DNA of 32,000 nt from Candidatus Helarchaeota ASGARD archaeon Hel_GB_B (GCA_005191425.1 SUPR01000003.1:36986-68985); one strand, 5' to 3'. Shown: positions 1-9,786, numbered from the stretch's first letter. Notes: generated by a model not told the origin, from the letters alone. Made by a program: numbers and translations.

Positions 1-1405
1 GGTGCGATAATGCTCTTGCAGCTGAAGCTACATCATGAAATGCTGGAATATGCTTTTTAATAAATCTAAGTCTGTCCCAAATACGTTCTTCTTCAAATGT
101 TGTTGGTGGGAATGCGACTAAAATTGGTTTTTTAAACTGAGATTCTTTTCTTAATTTTCTTATTTCTCCCAGAATTGTTTTATAAAAAACTTCATGAAAA
201 TCTTCGATCCCAAATCTGTTTGTCATATAAATATATTGAATTGCAACTTCGATAATAATTGAATCAATATTTTCATCTTCTCCTAATGTGGACAGTGCCG
301 ATCTTAGTGATCTTAAGTCGAAATAAGAGCCAGCCAAATCTAATGGATTTGTAATATTAATACCAACAGATTGAACTGTTTGTTTAAGTTTTTCAATAGA
401 TTTGGTAGAAAGCTTGGGTATATTCAGACCAAATTTAGCACAAGCATCTGTATTTATAACCGAACTTCCACCGCTTACTGCCATTAGTCCCACATTATTT
501 CCTCGCGGATATCGGCAATAATGAAAAATGAGTAAAGATTCTACAAGTTCGTCAAAACTGTAAACTGGTATTGCTCCTGATTGGTGTATCATCGAATCCC
601 AAATTTTAATAGAAGTTGAAATTGCCCCTGTATGTGATTGGGCTGCCTTTGCACCACTCTCTGTTAACCCTCCTTTCAATATAATTACAGGTTTAACTGG
701 AGTTGTTTTCCTTATAGCTTCAAAAAATTCATGTCCATTACGTGGCCCTTCAATATACATTCCAATATATTTTGTTTTTTTGTCCATTCTGAAATAATTT
801 ATAAAATCTGCTGCTGTCAGATCAACGGCATTTCCAAAACTTACCATTTTAGAAAAATACAATCTAAAAGTAGAACATCGTAGTCCTAAAGAAATGGCAT
901 TTCCACCACTCTGCGATATAAATCCTACATCTCCACTATTACTAGGAAAATCAGGTCTAAATGAAATTCCACTTTCAGGGCAATAAAAACCAAGACAATT
1001 AGGCCCTACTATTCTTGTTTTTGTGCCTTTTATTAGTTCTTTAAGTTCATTCTCTAATCTAATTCCTTCGGCGGTACCTGTTTCAGAAAATCCTGATGAA
1101 AAAATTATACAGACATTTACTTCTTTATCTATGCACTGTTCAACTGTTTTCAATACCAATTTTCTGGGAACAGCAATAATCGCATTATCAATTTTGTCTG
1201 GTACATCTAAAATTGAAGGAAAAAACTTGATACCCAATGCGGACTTATATTTTGGATTAATAGGAAAAATTTTACCCATATAATTTATTGATATCATATT
1301 TCTAATCCAAAAGAATCCTGAACGACTTGTTTCTCCTATAATTGCTACCGAATCTGGATGAAAATACTTATTTATTGTTTCATATAATTTTTTGTCGTCA
1401 TTCAT
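1..1405 (-). CDS. ADP-forming acyl-CoA synthetase / acetate-CoA ligase alpha subunit (AcdA-like); 3' end runs off the window
   Basis: Not in the ORF track; translated by hand from ATG at 1405: MNDDKKLYETINKYFHPDSVAIIG..., with CoA-binding domain motifs IFPINP, SSGFSE and GPNCLG, then SQSGG and the phospho-His motif AQSHTGAI. Near position 1 it reads the C-terminal DVASAARALSH. Confidence 0.9.
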   Translation of the reverse strand, partial: MNDDKKLYETINKYFHPDSVAIIGETSRSGFFWIRNMISINYMGKIFPINPKYKSALGIKFFPSILDVPDKIDNAIIAVPRKLVLKTVEQCIDKEVNVCIIFSSGFSETGTAEGIRLENELKELIKGTKTRIVGPNCLGFYCPESGISFRPDFPSNSGDVGFISQSGGNAISLGLRCSTFRLYFSKMVSFGNAVDLTAADFINYFRMDKKTKYIGMYIEGPRNGHEFFEAIRKTTPVKPVIILKGGLTESGAKAAQSHTGAISTSIKIWDSMIHQSGAIPVYSFDELVESLLIFHYCRYPRGNNVGLMAVSGGSSVINTDACAKFGLNIPKLSTKSIEKLKQTVQSVGINITNPLDLAGSYFDLRSLRSALSTLGEDENIDSIIIEVAIQYIYMTNRFGIEDFHEVFYKTILGEIRKLRKESQFKKPILVAFPPTTFEEERIWDRLRFIKKHIPAFHDVASAARALSH

Positions 1406-1521
1406 TTAGGTTCACATTTGAATAACTTTAAAATATAATTTTTAAAAGATATTATAAAGATTTTTAAATAAACTTCGGGATATCCTAACTTCTAAGATTT
1501 ATATTTTTTTTAAATAATAAT

Positions 1522-2178
1522 TTATTTTTCATGAGGTGGTCTAATAAAAATATAATATTTATCAGTATTTTTTAGTTCTATTAGAACTCGTTTCATAATC
1601 ATAATATCTGGCTCTCCTATTTTTGAAACTCTTTCAGTTAAATCCTTGAAATTTTTAAATTTCGCTTTTTTGCGTTCATTAATAATATCCCACATTAATT
1701 TTTTACCAATACCTGGAAGTAGTTCTAATTGGTGTTTTCTAGTGGTGATAGGGCGTGAATTATTAAAAAAATTCACAAACTGTTCTTCATTATCTCTAAT
1801 TATATTTAAAATAGTATCTTCTAGTTCAAATTTAGCGTTAGCAGTTAATTCATCATATGAAATCCTTCCTTTAATATGGTCTATAATGTCTCTTTGTCCA
1901 GAACCAATATATAATTTATCTCGTATTTTAATTTGGGATTTATATGACTTTCTTGGGACTAATTCTAGCAATGTAAAATAATTAATGCCGATAGACTGAA
2001 TTATCGGTTCTGTTTTAAAAGATTTAGCACGAGATTCAGCATGACCGCGAGGTAAATAATCCAGTACAATGACATAATCTTCAAATTTTTTCATAGGTTG
2101 CTGTCGAAGTTGTTTATTACCAATATATGTTTTATTATTCTTCTTGTGATTAAAATTATCTAAATTCTTACCCATCAT
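1522..2178 (-). CDS. DUF655 family putative RNA-binding protein
   Basis: EDYVIVLDYLPRGH, IGINYFTLLEL, RKHQLELLPGIGKK (HhH-like). Typical position after rpo4. SD-like GGTGAG precedes the ATG. Confidence 0.9.
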   Translation of the reverse strand: MMGKNLDNFNHKKNNKTYIGNKQLRQQPMKKFEDYVIVLDYLPRGHAESRAKSFKTEPIIQSIGINYFTLLELVPRKSYKSQIKIRDKLYIGSGQRDIIDHIKGRISYDELTANAKFELEDTILNIIRDNEEQFVNFFNNSRPITTRKHQLELLPGIGKKLMWDIINERKKAKFKNFKDLTERVSKIGEPDIMIMKRVLIELKNTDKYYIFIRPPHEK

Positions 2179-2517
2179 CTCACCACTTGTTCATTTTAAT
2201 CTAAAAAATTAGTTATCTGTTCATCTTTTTTTTTGTAATTTTATCCTTTTCCCCTATATACATTTGTAGACCTATTTATCACTAAATCTATTAATTCATT
2301 TATATTTTCATTTATGTTTTTTATTAATTTATTTAAAAATTTGATATTCATTGTGCATCAATTAATATTTTACACCAAATGATATAAAAATTTTTTATTA
2401 ATAAAAAAATTATAAAAATAAATTTAACGAAGAACTATAATATTATTACTTTTTAAAAACTAGTGTATTAATTTAAGACCTATTTAGAGTTTTGTATTGA
2501 CGCAAAAAATAAGTCTT

Positions 2518-2889
2518 TTATTCGTTCTCAATTTTTTCTTTATAAATTTGTATTAAATTTAGTAATTCCTCTTTTTGTTCATCTGAGAGTTTTATGGGGT
2601 CTTTTTTTAGAAATATTTCTAATTCATCCACTAAACTGGGAAGGTATCTTAAATTAACAATTTGTGTCGCTGTATTAATTGACAGACCGAATCGTTGAAC
2701 AATTTCATTTCTAAATTTCAATGCATCTTCAAGTGATAATTTGCAAAATTCATTTACATAGTTATATGTCATTTTTTGAAGGTATGATAATTCTTCTGGA
2801 TTATTTTTTGAACGATTTTTTAATATTTCCTTTACTTCAGCTAAAGTTAATATCTCCTCACTAATAATTTTTTTACGAAAATTAATCAC
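2518..2889 (-). CDS. rpo4: RNA polymerase subunit Rpo4 (RpoF)
   Basis: KIISEEILTLAEVKEIL...ELSYLQKMTYNYVNEF; conserved rpl21e-rpoF-DUF655 synteny; GTG start. Confidence 0.88.
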   Translation of the reverse strand: MINFRKKIISEEILTLAEVKEILKNRSKNNPEELSYLQKMTYNYVNEFCKLSLEDALKFRNEIVQRFGLSINTATQIVNLRYLPSLVDELEIFLKKDPIKLSDEQKEELLNLIQIYKEKIENE

Positions 2890-2926
2890 GACCTTTTTTT
2901 TAATTAAATTAGGAATATTTTAAATC

Positions 2927-3241
2927 TTACAATTTTTGCAAGCGGAAATGTTCGGGCCGAATAATCAATGTTTTTACCCTGTTTCCATCTTTGACATTAA
3001 TAACGTAAGCTCGACCTCGTTGCCCGACTATAGTACCTGTTCTACCGTGGAATCTATAAAATGGTTGACCTTTATGTTGGCTTGGGTCAATAATTATATC
3101 TACTTTAGTACCAGGTGTATATTTATCGCGTAGTAATAAATACCGTAAACTTCGCACTTGGCCTTTTTGACGTACTTTTTTCTTATGAATTGTCCTAGTG
3201 TGTCTTGCTTTAAATCCGTTTGATTTTTTCATGTAGACCAC
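2927..3241 (-). CDS. rpl21e: 50S ribosomal protein L21e
   Basis: SNGFKARHTR, KVDIIIDPSQHKGQPFYRFHGRTG, IRPEHF. Start may be the ATG at 3232. Confidence 0.96.
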   Translation of the reverse strand: MVYMKKSNGFKARHTRTIHKKKVRQKGQVRSLRYLLLRDKYTPGTKVDIIIDPSQHKGQPFYRFHGRTGTIVGQRGRAYVINVKDGNRVKTLIIRPEHFRLQKL

Positions 3242-3379
3242 ACAATACCGAATTTATTTTTAATATTAAAGGATTATTTTTAAATCTTTTTTCATTATGA
3301 ATTTTTTTATAAAACATTAATTCATTTTAAATTAATCCAAAATAAATCAATTGAAACTAAACTATTTATTCAAAAAAGA

Positions 3380-4753
3380 CTAGTCTATACTGATCGTATC
3401 AACAATTATAACATCTAATTCTAAGACATTACATTCAATATTCCCTAAACTCTCACTAACACTTGGGCGGGTTCTTCCATTGTCTCCAGAAATTAACTCT
3501 TTGATATAAGTACCTCCTTGAGATGTAATAATTGCAATAAACCCATAATCTGTAATTTCATCAATTTTAAATGAGTAAATTCTTTTTTTCCGAATTTTAT
3601 TAACGCGTCTATGTAAAACTCGAAGTGGAGTCCTCTGTTCAATGATCACATTGGAAAATTTTTTTTCTAATTCATAAATTTGCTCGGGGTCTACTTTAGA
3701 TTTAATTTCAATTTTAGCTCTATATGTTTTATTAACTAATTGAGAATTAGCTTTGATTTTTCTGACTCTATATTTATCAGAAAATTCTAAGTCTTTAATT
3801 ATAATTTTATTTTCGGCGTATTCATTGACAACTTTTTCTACTTTTTTAAGGTCTATGAAACGTTTTTTAGGGGCTCTAATTTCTATAACAAATGGTCTAC
3901 CTGTTCCTAGCATTAAAGCGTCAATATCTTCTCTACCTGCACCATGAAACTTAGCATCTGTGCCCTCACATATTTCAATTACTTTTTTTGTAATTAATTC
4001 TTCTATTGAAGTTTCATATTTATAGCCTTTATAATTACATTCTTCACAACCTAGACCGTTACAATTTTTACAAATCCAATGTGTCTGTGGAATTCCTCGT
4101 ATTAACTTTAAATATCTTCCATATATAAATAATGGATTGATATTTAGTTCTATTTCGTCTTTAATAGTATTAACTACAGCTACTACTTCCGGATTATTAA
4201 ATTCAACGAATTTTCCTTTTAAACCTTTTAAAACAATTTTTCCTACTTCTCTATTAAATTCTCCTTTAATAGTTTCTCCCCATTTTAATTGATATTTTGC
4301 TCTTAGCCTATCTTCATTTTCGATTATTTCAGAGTTAAATTTACTACCAACTAAAAAATTATTAAATTGAACGGTTTCTAATTTTTCCTTAACCTTATCT
4401 GCATAATATGGGATCTTATTCATTATTCCTTTACAGATAGTACACCCCTTTTTAATTTCAATATTTATCCCAAATTTCTCAAGGGTTGTAACCGCGGGCT
4501 GAAACATTCCATTTTCTGCAATTTTCTTTATAATATCTATATTTTCATCTTGATCGCCTATATTATTTAGAATTTTACTATGCGTTTCCATTAAAAGATA
4601 AGATTTTAGTGATAGCCCTCTATCATAATTTGTAATCTTTCCACCTGTAATTAAAAGCGCAAATTGTCTACCAAGACAATTATTACATATAATGTTTTCT
4701 TGTAAAATCTTTTTAACTGTTTCTATAATCATTAGGTGCACCAAATTATCCAA
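3380..4753 (-). CDS. pus10: tRNA pseudouridine(54/55) synthase Pus10
   Basis: N-terminal CNNCLGR and CTIC zinc ligands, THUMP-like region, YLKLIRGIPQT, catalytic FHGAGREDIDALMLGTGRPF, QRTPLRVLHRR, GGTYIKELI. Confidence 0.95.
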   Translation of the reverse strand: MDNLVHLMIIETVKKILQENIICNNCLGRQFALLITGGKITNYDRGLSLKSYLLMETHSKILNNIGDQDENIDIIKKIAENGMFQPAVTTLEKFGINIEIKKGCTICKGIMNKIPYYADKVKEKLETVQFNNFLVGSKFNSEIIENEDRLRAKYQLKWGETIKGEFNREVGKIVLKGLKGKFVEFNNPEVVAVVNTIKDEIELNINPLFIYGRYLKLIRGIPQTHWICKNCNGLGCEECNYKGYKYETSIEELITKKVIEICEGTDAKFHGAGREDIDALMLGTGRPFVIEIRAPKKRFIDLKKVEKVVNEYAENKIIIKDLEFSDKYRVRKIKANSQLVNKTYRAKIEIKSKVDPEQIYELEKKFSNVIIEQRTPLRVLHRRVNKIRKKRIYSFKIDEITDYGFIAIITSQGGTYIKELISGDNGRTRPSVSESLGNIECNVLELDVIIVDTISID

Positions 4754-5069
4754 ATTTCGAAAATCCTTTTTGAAATTTATTTTTTACTATAACCTTTTAA
4801 TTTTTTTTTATAAATTTTATTATATTATTTTTGTTTAGAATCCAAAATTTATAAAACTAGGGAACTTTTATCTACATTGATTATTTTTCCAAAATCTATT
4901 TTTCATATTAGGAATAGTTTATAATTTTTATAACATATTGAATTATTGTAAATTTTATTATTGAAAAAATAAGATAATAAAAATCTTTAAAAATATTGAT
5001 TATTTTAAAAATGATTAATACATAAATCAATCAATTTAATTTTTTAAAATTTATTTTTGTGAGATTAAA

Positions 5070-5642
5070 GTGATTAAAGAACTTATTAAAAATGTTAAAA
5101 ATTTACTAAAAGAACGTGGATTTGAGAATATTAAATCTGAAGAATCTTCAGATAAAGGCAAAATAATAATTAGGGCCGAATATAATCCATCTAAAAGCAG
5201 TAAACCAGAAAGTGTAATGGTCTATGTTTGGGACCCCGAAGAATCTGTCGGAGTTCAAGATGCAAGGGAAATCGTTAAAATATTTAAAAACACAAAAATA
5301 AAAAGACGATTTCTTGTTGGAGGTTCAAAATTCACTAGGATGGCTAGGATGCACTTAGAAGAAAATAAAGTGGAATATATTCCAACTGAATTAGTAATGT
5401 TAAATGTGTTAGAACATGAATTGGTCCCAAAACACAGAATTTTAGATAAAGAAGAGGCTGAAAAGTTATTATCAAAGCTAAAAATAGACAAATCTCAATT
5501 ACCAAGTATTCTAGTTAATGATCCTGTTGCAAAAATAATTGGTGCGCGTGAAGGCGATATTATAGAAATAATTAGAGAAAGTAAAACTGCTGGAACATCA
5601 ATAGCTTACAGACATGTGATAAGAAATATAGAAGGAATTTAG
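5070..5642 (+). CDS. rpo5: RNA polymerase subunit Rpo5/RPB5, two-domain (eukaryote-length) form
   Basis: C-terminal HELVPKHRIL...QLPSILVNDPVAKIIGAREGDIIEIIRESKTAG is the RpoH assembly domain. About 110 extra N-terminal residues resemble the RPB5 jaw domain (VKNLLKERGF, SVGV). Confidence 0.92.
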   Translation: MIKELIKNVKNLLKERGFENIKSEESSDKGKIIIRAEYNPSKSSKPESVMVYVWDPEESVGVQDAREIVKIFKNTKIKRRFLVGGSKFTRMARMHLEENKVEYIPTELVMLNVLEHELVPKHRILDKEEAEKLLSKLKIDKSQLPSILVNDPVAKIIGAREGDIIEIIRESKTAGTSIAYRHVIRNIEGI

Positions 5643-5687
5643 ACCTGGATATAATAAAATAAAATTATTTTTAATTTATTTATATTT

Positions 5688-6569
5688 TTATTTAAATTCG
5701 TCTGCTATTAATGGCGCTACACTAACTTTAGAGCATTCATTGGGTATTGTATCTGTCCCTATAACTTCTTTGGCGCCAGTTTTGTAAAGTTTAAGTTTTG
5801 AATTACCAATAAGTAAAGTGTGAGTAGCACAAATATAAATATCTAAAGCACCTTGTGACTTTAAAATCTCGATTGCTTTGACCATAGTACCACCAGTAGA
5901 AATAATATCATCAATTATTATTATATTTTTATTTTTTACATTTAAATCTTTTATTTTAGTCGTAACTTCACCGGTTGTCAAATCTCTAACTTTTTCTAAA
6001 TATGAAAAATTACAATTTAAAATATCTGCAATAATCTTAGCTCTTGGAGTCGCTGATTTATCAGGTGCGAGACAAAATACATTCTCAATCTTCATTTTTC
6101 TAAAGTAATCTCCAAATAACTTCATAGCGCTTATACTTTTTGCATTTCCATCAAAAAAATCGAGAATAATTTCTGAATGTATGTCCAATGTTAACACCTT
6201 TTTTAGTAGATTTCCGCAGATACTTTTAATAACTGTTGCAATTACTTTTGCACTCAATGCTTCTCCTACTTTAAATCTCTTATCTTGTCTGCTATAGGCA
6301 AAATAAGGGATGACTATAGAAATACTTTTAGGTTTTAACTCCTTTAAAGCATCTAAGATTAAAAATAGTTGAATAATACGCTGATTCTGGTCAGGAAAAG
6401 TTGTCTGAATGACTAATACATCTTCATCTTTTACTTCGCCATCAATTTTTATATATTCTTCTCCGTCTGGAAATTTTTTAAAAAAAACATCAACAATTTT
6501 TGAATTTTTAATTAAATTCGCCACTTTTACTCCAAGAATTTGAGATGCTGGTCCTGGTATTACAATCAT
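5688..6569 (-). CDS. prs: Ribose-phosphate pyrophosphokinase (archaeal type)
   Basis: FPDGE, PYFAYSRQDKRF, LDIH, APDKSA, PRPP-binding IIIDDIISTGGT. Confidence 0.96.
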   Translation of the reverse strand: MIVIPGPASQILGVKVANLIKNSKIVDVFFKKFPDGEEYIKIDGEVKDEDVLVIQTTFPDQNQRIIQLFLILDALKELKPKSISIVIPYFAYSRQDKRFKVGEALSAKVIATVIKSICGNLLKKVLTLDIHSEIILDFFDGNAKSISAMKLFGDYFRKMKIENVFCLAPDKSATPRAKIIADILNCNFSYLEKVRDLTTGEVTTKIKDLNVKNKNIIIIDDIISTGGTMVKAIEILKSQGALDIYICATHTLLIGNSKLKLYKTGAKEVIGTDTIPNECSKVSVAPLIADEFK

Positions 6570-6708
6570 TTTATCTCATACTCATATGTTTTTTTTAATA
6601 TTACCCAATTCTATTGAACTAATAATCTTATTTATAAATTTAATATTTATATTTACTTTAAAATATTTCAATCTTGAATACAATCAATCAAAATTTGATG
6701 TTAACTTA

Positions 6709-7104
6709 TTATTTTATTTTACCTAAAAATAACCGAGAAAGTTCTTTGAGAAAATTTTTTGCGCGATCTCTAATATTTTTCATTACTGTCTGATAAAATT
6801 CTTCTATCTGCTTAAAAAACAGATTTATGAGCTCTTCTATTTCCATTACCATTATTGCTTCAGGATCTCCATAGTATTTTGAGAAAATATCTTGGTCTTT
6901 AATTCCATATTGAAGCATAAAATCATATTTTCGCCTTTTATCTGGGTCCTTTAAAATACCATACGCGACATTAATTTGTTTAAACATTTCTTCTCCCGAT
7001 GGATTTTTATCTGGATGATATTTAAATGCAAGTTTTCTGTAAGCAATTTTAATTTCTTCAATAGTCGCATTTTTAGGGACACCAAGAATTTCATAAAGAT
7101 CCAT
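6709..7104 (-). CDS. Small J-domain (DnaJ class C-like) protein
   Basis: DLYEILGV...[18 protein letters not shown]...[18 protein letters not shown]. No G/F or zinc-finger region. Confidence 0.88.
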   Translation of the reverse strand: MDLYEILGVPKNATIEEIKIAYRKLAFKYHPDKNPSGEEMFKQINVAYGILKDPDKRRKYDFMLQYGIKDQDIFSKYYGDPEAIMVMEIEELINLFFKQIEEFYQTVMKNIRDRAKNFLKELSRLFLGKIK

Positions 7105-7228
7105 AAAATCAATTCCGTTTAATTAATCATTTTGTAATTTTAGAAGTTTATCAATAAAAACATTTTTTTAACTATATTTGTTAAATTCAAAATGAATAAT
7201 AAATATAATGTAACATGAGGATTTGTAG

Positions 7229-7780
7229 ATGTCCGAGATTTTTTTTGCTAAATATTATAAGTTTTATCGGTATAGAAAAGAATTGAAGGAAATTGATTCT
7301 AAATTTACAGTACCTAATGGATTTAAAATTAAAGAACTGAATCCGAATGAAGATTATGAAAAATTTAAATCAGCATGGCTAAAAATTTATTCCAAAATTC
7401 TACCTGAACCTTATATTAAATTCAAAAAAGAAGATCTTCTAAAATATCCAAAGACTTTTGTTCTCGAAAATTCAAATGATGAAATAGTCGGTTTTATTGT
7501 CTGTTATATAAAGGAAAAAGAAAAAATGGGTAAAATTCTTAGAATTGGAGTGCAAGAAAATTACAGAAAAAAAGGATTTGGTCTATTATTATATCACAAA
7601 GGTTGCGAGTACTTCCTTCAAAACAAAATTACTAATATTTATTTTGATGTTTATGAAGACGACCTTGGATTATCTAAGCTTGCAAAAAAGGCTGGCTTTG
7701 AAAAAGAAGAAGAATTCTTTATAACAATCGATGACCCAGTTGAAAATTTTATAAATTTAAGTACCATAATGTCATTATAA
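7229..7780 (+). CDS. GNAT family N-acetyltransferase
   Basis: Motif A ILRIGVQENYRKKGFGLLL and C-terminal LAKKAGF. SD GAGGA lies 7 nt before the ATG. Confidence 0.85.
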   Translation: MSEIFFAKYYKFYRYRKELKEIDSKFTVPNGFKIKELNPNEDYEKFKSAWLKIYSKILPEPYIKFKKEDLLKYPKTFVLENSNDEIVGFIVCYIKEKEKMGKILRIGVQENYRKKGFGLLLYHKGCEYFLQNKITNIYFDVYEDDLGLSKLAKKAGFEKEEEFFITIDDPVENFINLSTIMSL

Positions 7781-7786
7781 AGGTCG

Positions 7787-8563
7787 ATGGATTTGAAAAT
7801 AGTCTTCCATAAAAAATTTTTTAATGTCTATACAAATGATCCAGCAGCAAAATCTGGAAGATTGGAACCAATTATAAAAGAATTAAAAAGGCACCCTTCT
7901 GAATATGAAATTATCGAGCCAAAACCTGCTACTAAGGAAGATATTCTTCGCGCTCATACATTAGGACATTACAATGACATTAAAACAACTGATAATATTC
8001 TTGACTATGCACTGCTCGCAGCTGGTGGTGCAATAGCCGCTGCTGAACTTGCTTATGAAAATTACCCTACATTTGCTGTAATTAGACCTCCTGGGCACCA
8101 TGCTTCATCAGATAGTTGTTGGGGCTTTTGTTGGTTTAATAATATGTCTATTTCTCTCTTAAAATTACATTCAGAAAATAAAATCAAATCTGCTTTTATA
8201 TTAGATTTTGATATGCATTTCGGAGATGGGAATGTCAATATTCTTAGAGAGAATAAGCATCTAATAAAAACTGAAATTCTCAATCCAATAAGTCAAACCG
8301 AACAAGATTATCTGGAAGAAATAAATAATGCCTTTAACAACGCTGGAAAATATGATATCCTAGCAGCATCTGCAGGATTTGATGAGTATATTAAAGATTG
8401 GGGCGGAAAATTAAGTACTAATGCATACAATCAAATTGGGAAGCTAATGAAAGATTTTGCAGAAGATAAATGTAATGGTAAAAGATTTGGGATATTAGAA
8501 GGTGGATATTATACAAAAGATCTTGGAATAAATGTTAATTCTTTTTGTCAAGGTTTTAAATGA
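7787..8563 (+). CDS. Zn-dependent histone deacetylase-family amidohydrolase (compact form)
   Basis: RPPGHHA, GFCWFNN, LDFDMHFGDG, SAGFD, LEGGY. Confidence 0.93.
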   Translation: MDLKIVFHKKFFNVYTNDPAAKSGRLEPIIKELKRHPSEYEIIEPKPATKEDILRAHTLGHYNDIKTTDNILDYALLAAGGAIAAAELAYENYPTFAVIRPPGHHASSDSCWGFCWFNNMSISLLKLHSENKIKSAFILDFDMHFGDGNVNILRENKHLIKTEILNPISQTEQDYLEEINNAFNNAGKYDILAASAGFDEYIKDWGGKLSTNAYNQIGKLMKDFAEDKCNGKRFGILEGGYYTKDLGINVNSFCQGFK

Positions 8564-8748
8564 TAAAAAAAATCATTGAATATAAAATTACTTTTTTTTA
8601 TTTTACTCAATTTTTCTAATAATTTTAAATTAAAAAATTAAATTCTAAAAAATATATAAATGTAAAATTTTAAAAATCAATTAAAATATAGATAAACAAT
8701 GAATTTAACTAATATGGTCAATATATATCGGATTGTGAAGGATTTAAA

Positions 8749-9447
8749 ATGGATTTTAATGATGAATATATCGAAATAATTAATGATTTTATTAAAAAAT
8801 TAAATAATGATTATAATAAAAAAAATCTTTCAAAATATAAGGAAGATTTTGAAGAATTAAAAAATATTATAGAAACTTACCCAGGAAAAATCTCTATTTT
8901 ATATCCATATTTAAATAATATTTTCCAATTTGCATATGCAAATTACCAAAATAATCCATCAGAATTTAATTCAAAGATTTTGAGTATATGTGGATCATAT
9001 ATTGGCGAAATATTTGAATTTTGGAAGGATTATAAATCAGCAATTCATGCTTATTCTTATAGTTTTTTTGTTGATGGCGAATTACAATCAATTTCTAAAT
9101 TAATATCCGTTCAGATATTCCAGTTAATATTAAATAATCGACAATTAGGAGACGAAATTTATCATATAATTTCTGAATTATCTAATGAATTAAAAAATTC
9201 AAAATTACATAAAAACTGCTATATTAATGGAAATAAAATCACTAATGATGAAGCAATGGAGATAATAAATTTATACACAAAATTATCAAAATTTATATTA
9301 GAGCGAGCTAATTATAATTTAACTAATGAAGACAAAAAGTTTTTTACTAATAGAATAAAGTTTTTTCAAAAAGAATTAATGCTAAAAGGGATAAAAATGT
9401 ACAATATAATGAAAAATATCGACAATTTATTAAATAAATTTGAATAA
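8749..9447 (+). CDS. Hypothetical, probably alpha-helical protein
   Basis: 232-codon ORF with AAGGA SD-like sequence before the ATG; no recognisable motif. Confidence 0.6.
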   Translation: MDFNDEYIEIINDFIKKLNNDYNKKNLSKYKEDFEELKNIIETYPGKISILYPYLNNIFQFAYANYQNNPSEFNSKILSICGSYIGEIFEFWKDYKSAIHAYSYSFFVDGELQSISKLISVQIFQLILNNRQLGDEIYHIISELSNELKNSKLHKNCYINGNKITNDEAMEIINLYTKLSKFILERANYNLTNEDKKFFTNRIKFFQKELMLKGIKMYNIMKNIDNLLNKFE

Positions 9448-9546
9448 CTTCTTTTTATTATTTGAATAAATATTTTAATGAAAAAACTTAATTTATTATT
9501 AATTTTTATAATTATAAAATATGAAATAAAAATGAATGTGAATAAA

Positions 9547-9786
9547 ATGGCTAATAAAAATTCTGGGACCAAATATGTTGATATTTCAATTCCGGCACCA
9601 TTAGCAGAGAAAATTAAAAAGCGAATGGAAGGTACTGGTTTTACTTCAATCTCAAGTTATGTGGTTTATATTTTAAGAGAAGTATTGTCCAGTATTGAAG
9701 CTGAAGAGCAAGAAAGGGAAGCTTTTAGTAAAGAAGAAGAGAAAAAAGTTAAAGAAAGATTACGAAATCTCGGATATATTGATTAA
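9547..9786 (+). CDS. Ribbon-helix-helix (CopG-like) protein with C-terminal ERLRNLGY tail
   Basis: YVDISIPAPLAEKIKKRMEGTGFTSISSYVVYILREVL is an RHH pattern. The track start at 9478 lies in AT-rich intergenic sequence; ATG at 9547 (or 9532) is more likely. Confidence 0.8.
   Translation: MANKNSGTKYVDISIPAPLAEKIKKRMEGTGFTSISSYVVYILREVLSSIEAEEQEREAFSKEEEKKVKERLRNLGYID

Noticed and set aside
6709-7104. J-domain gene as canonical dnaJ of a dnaK operon
   Set aside because: Only 131 aa, lacks the G/F, zinc-finger and C-terminal domains, and has no dnaK or grpE nearby.
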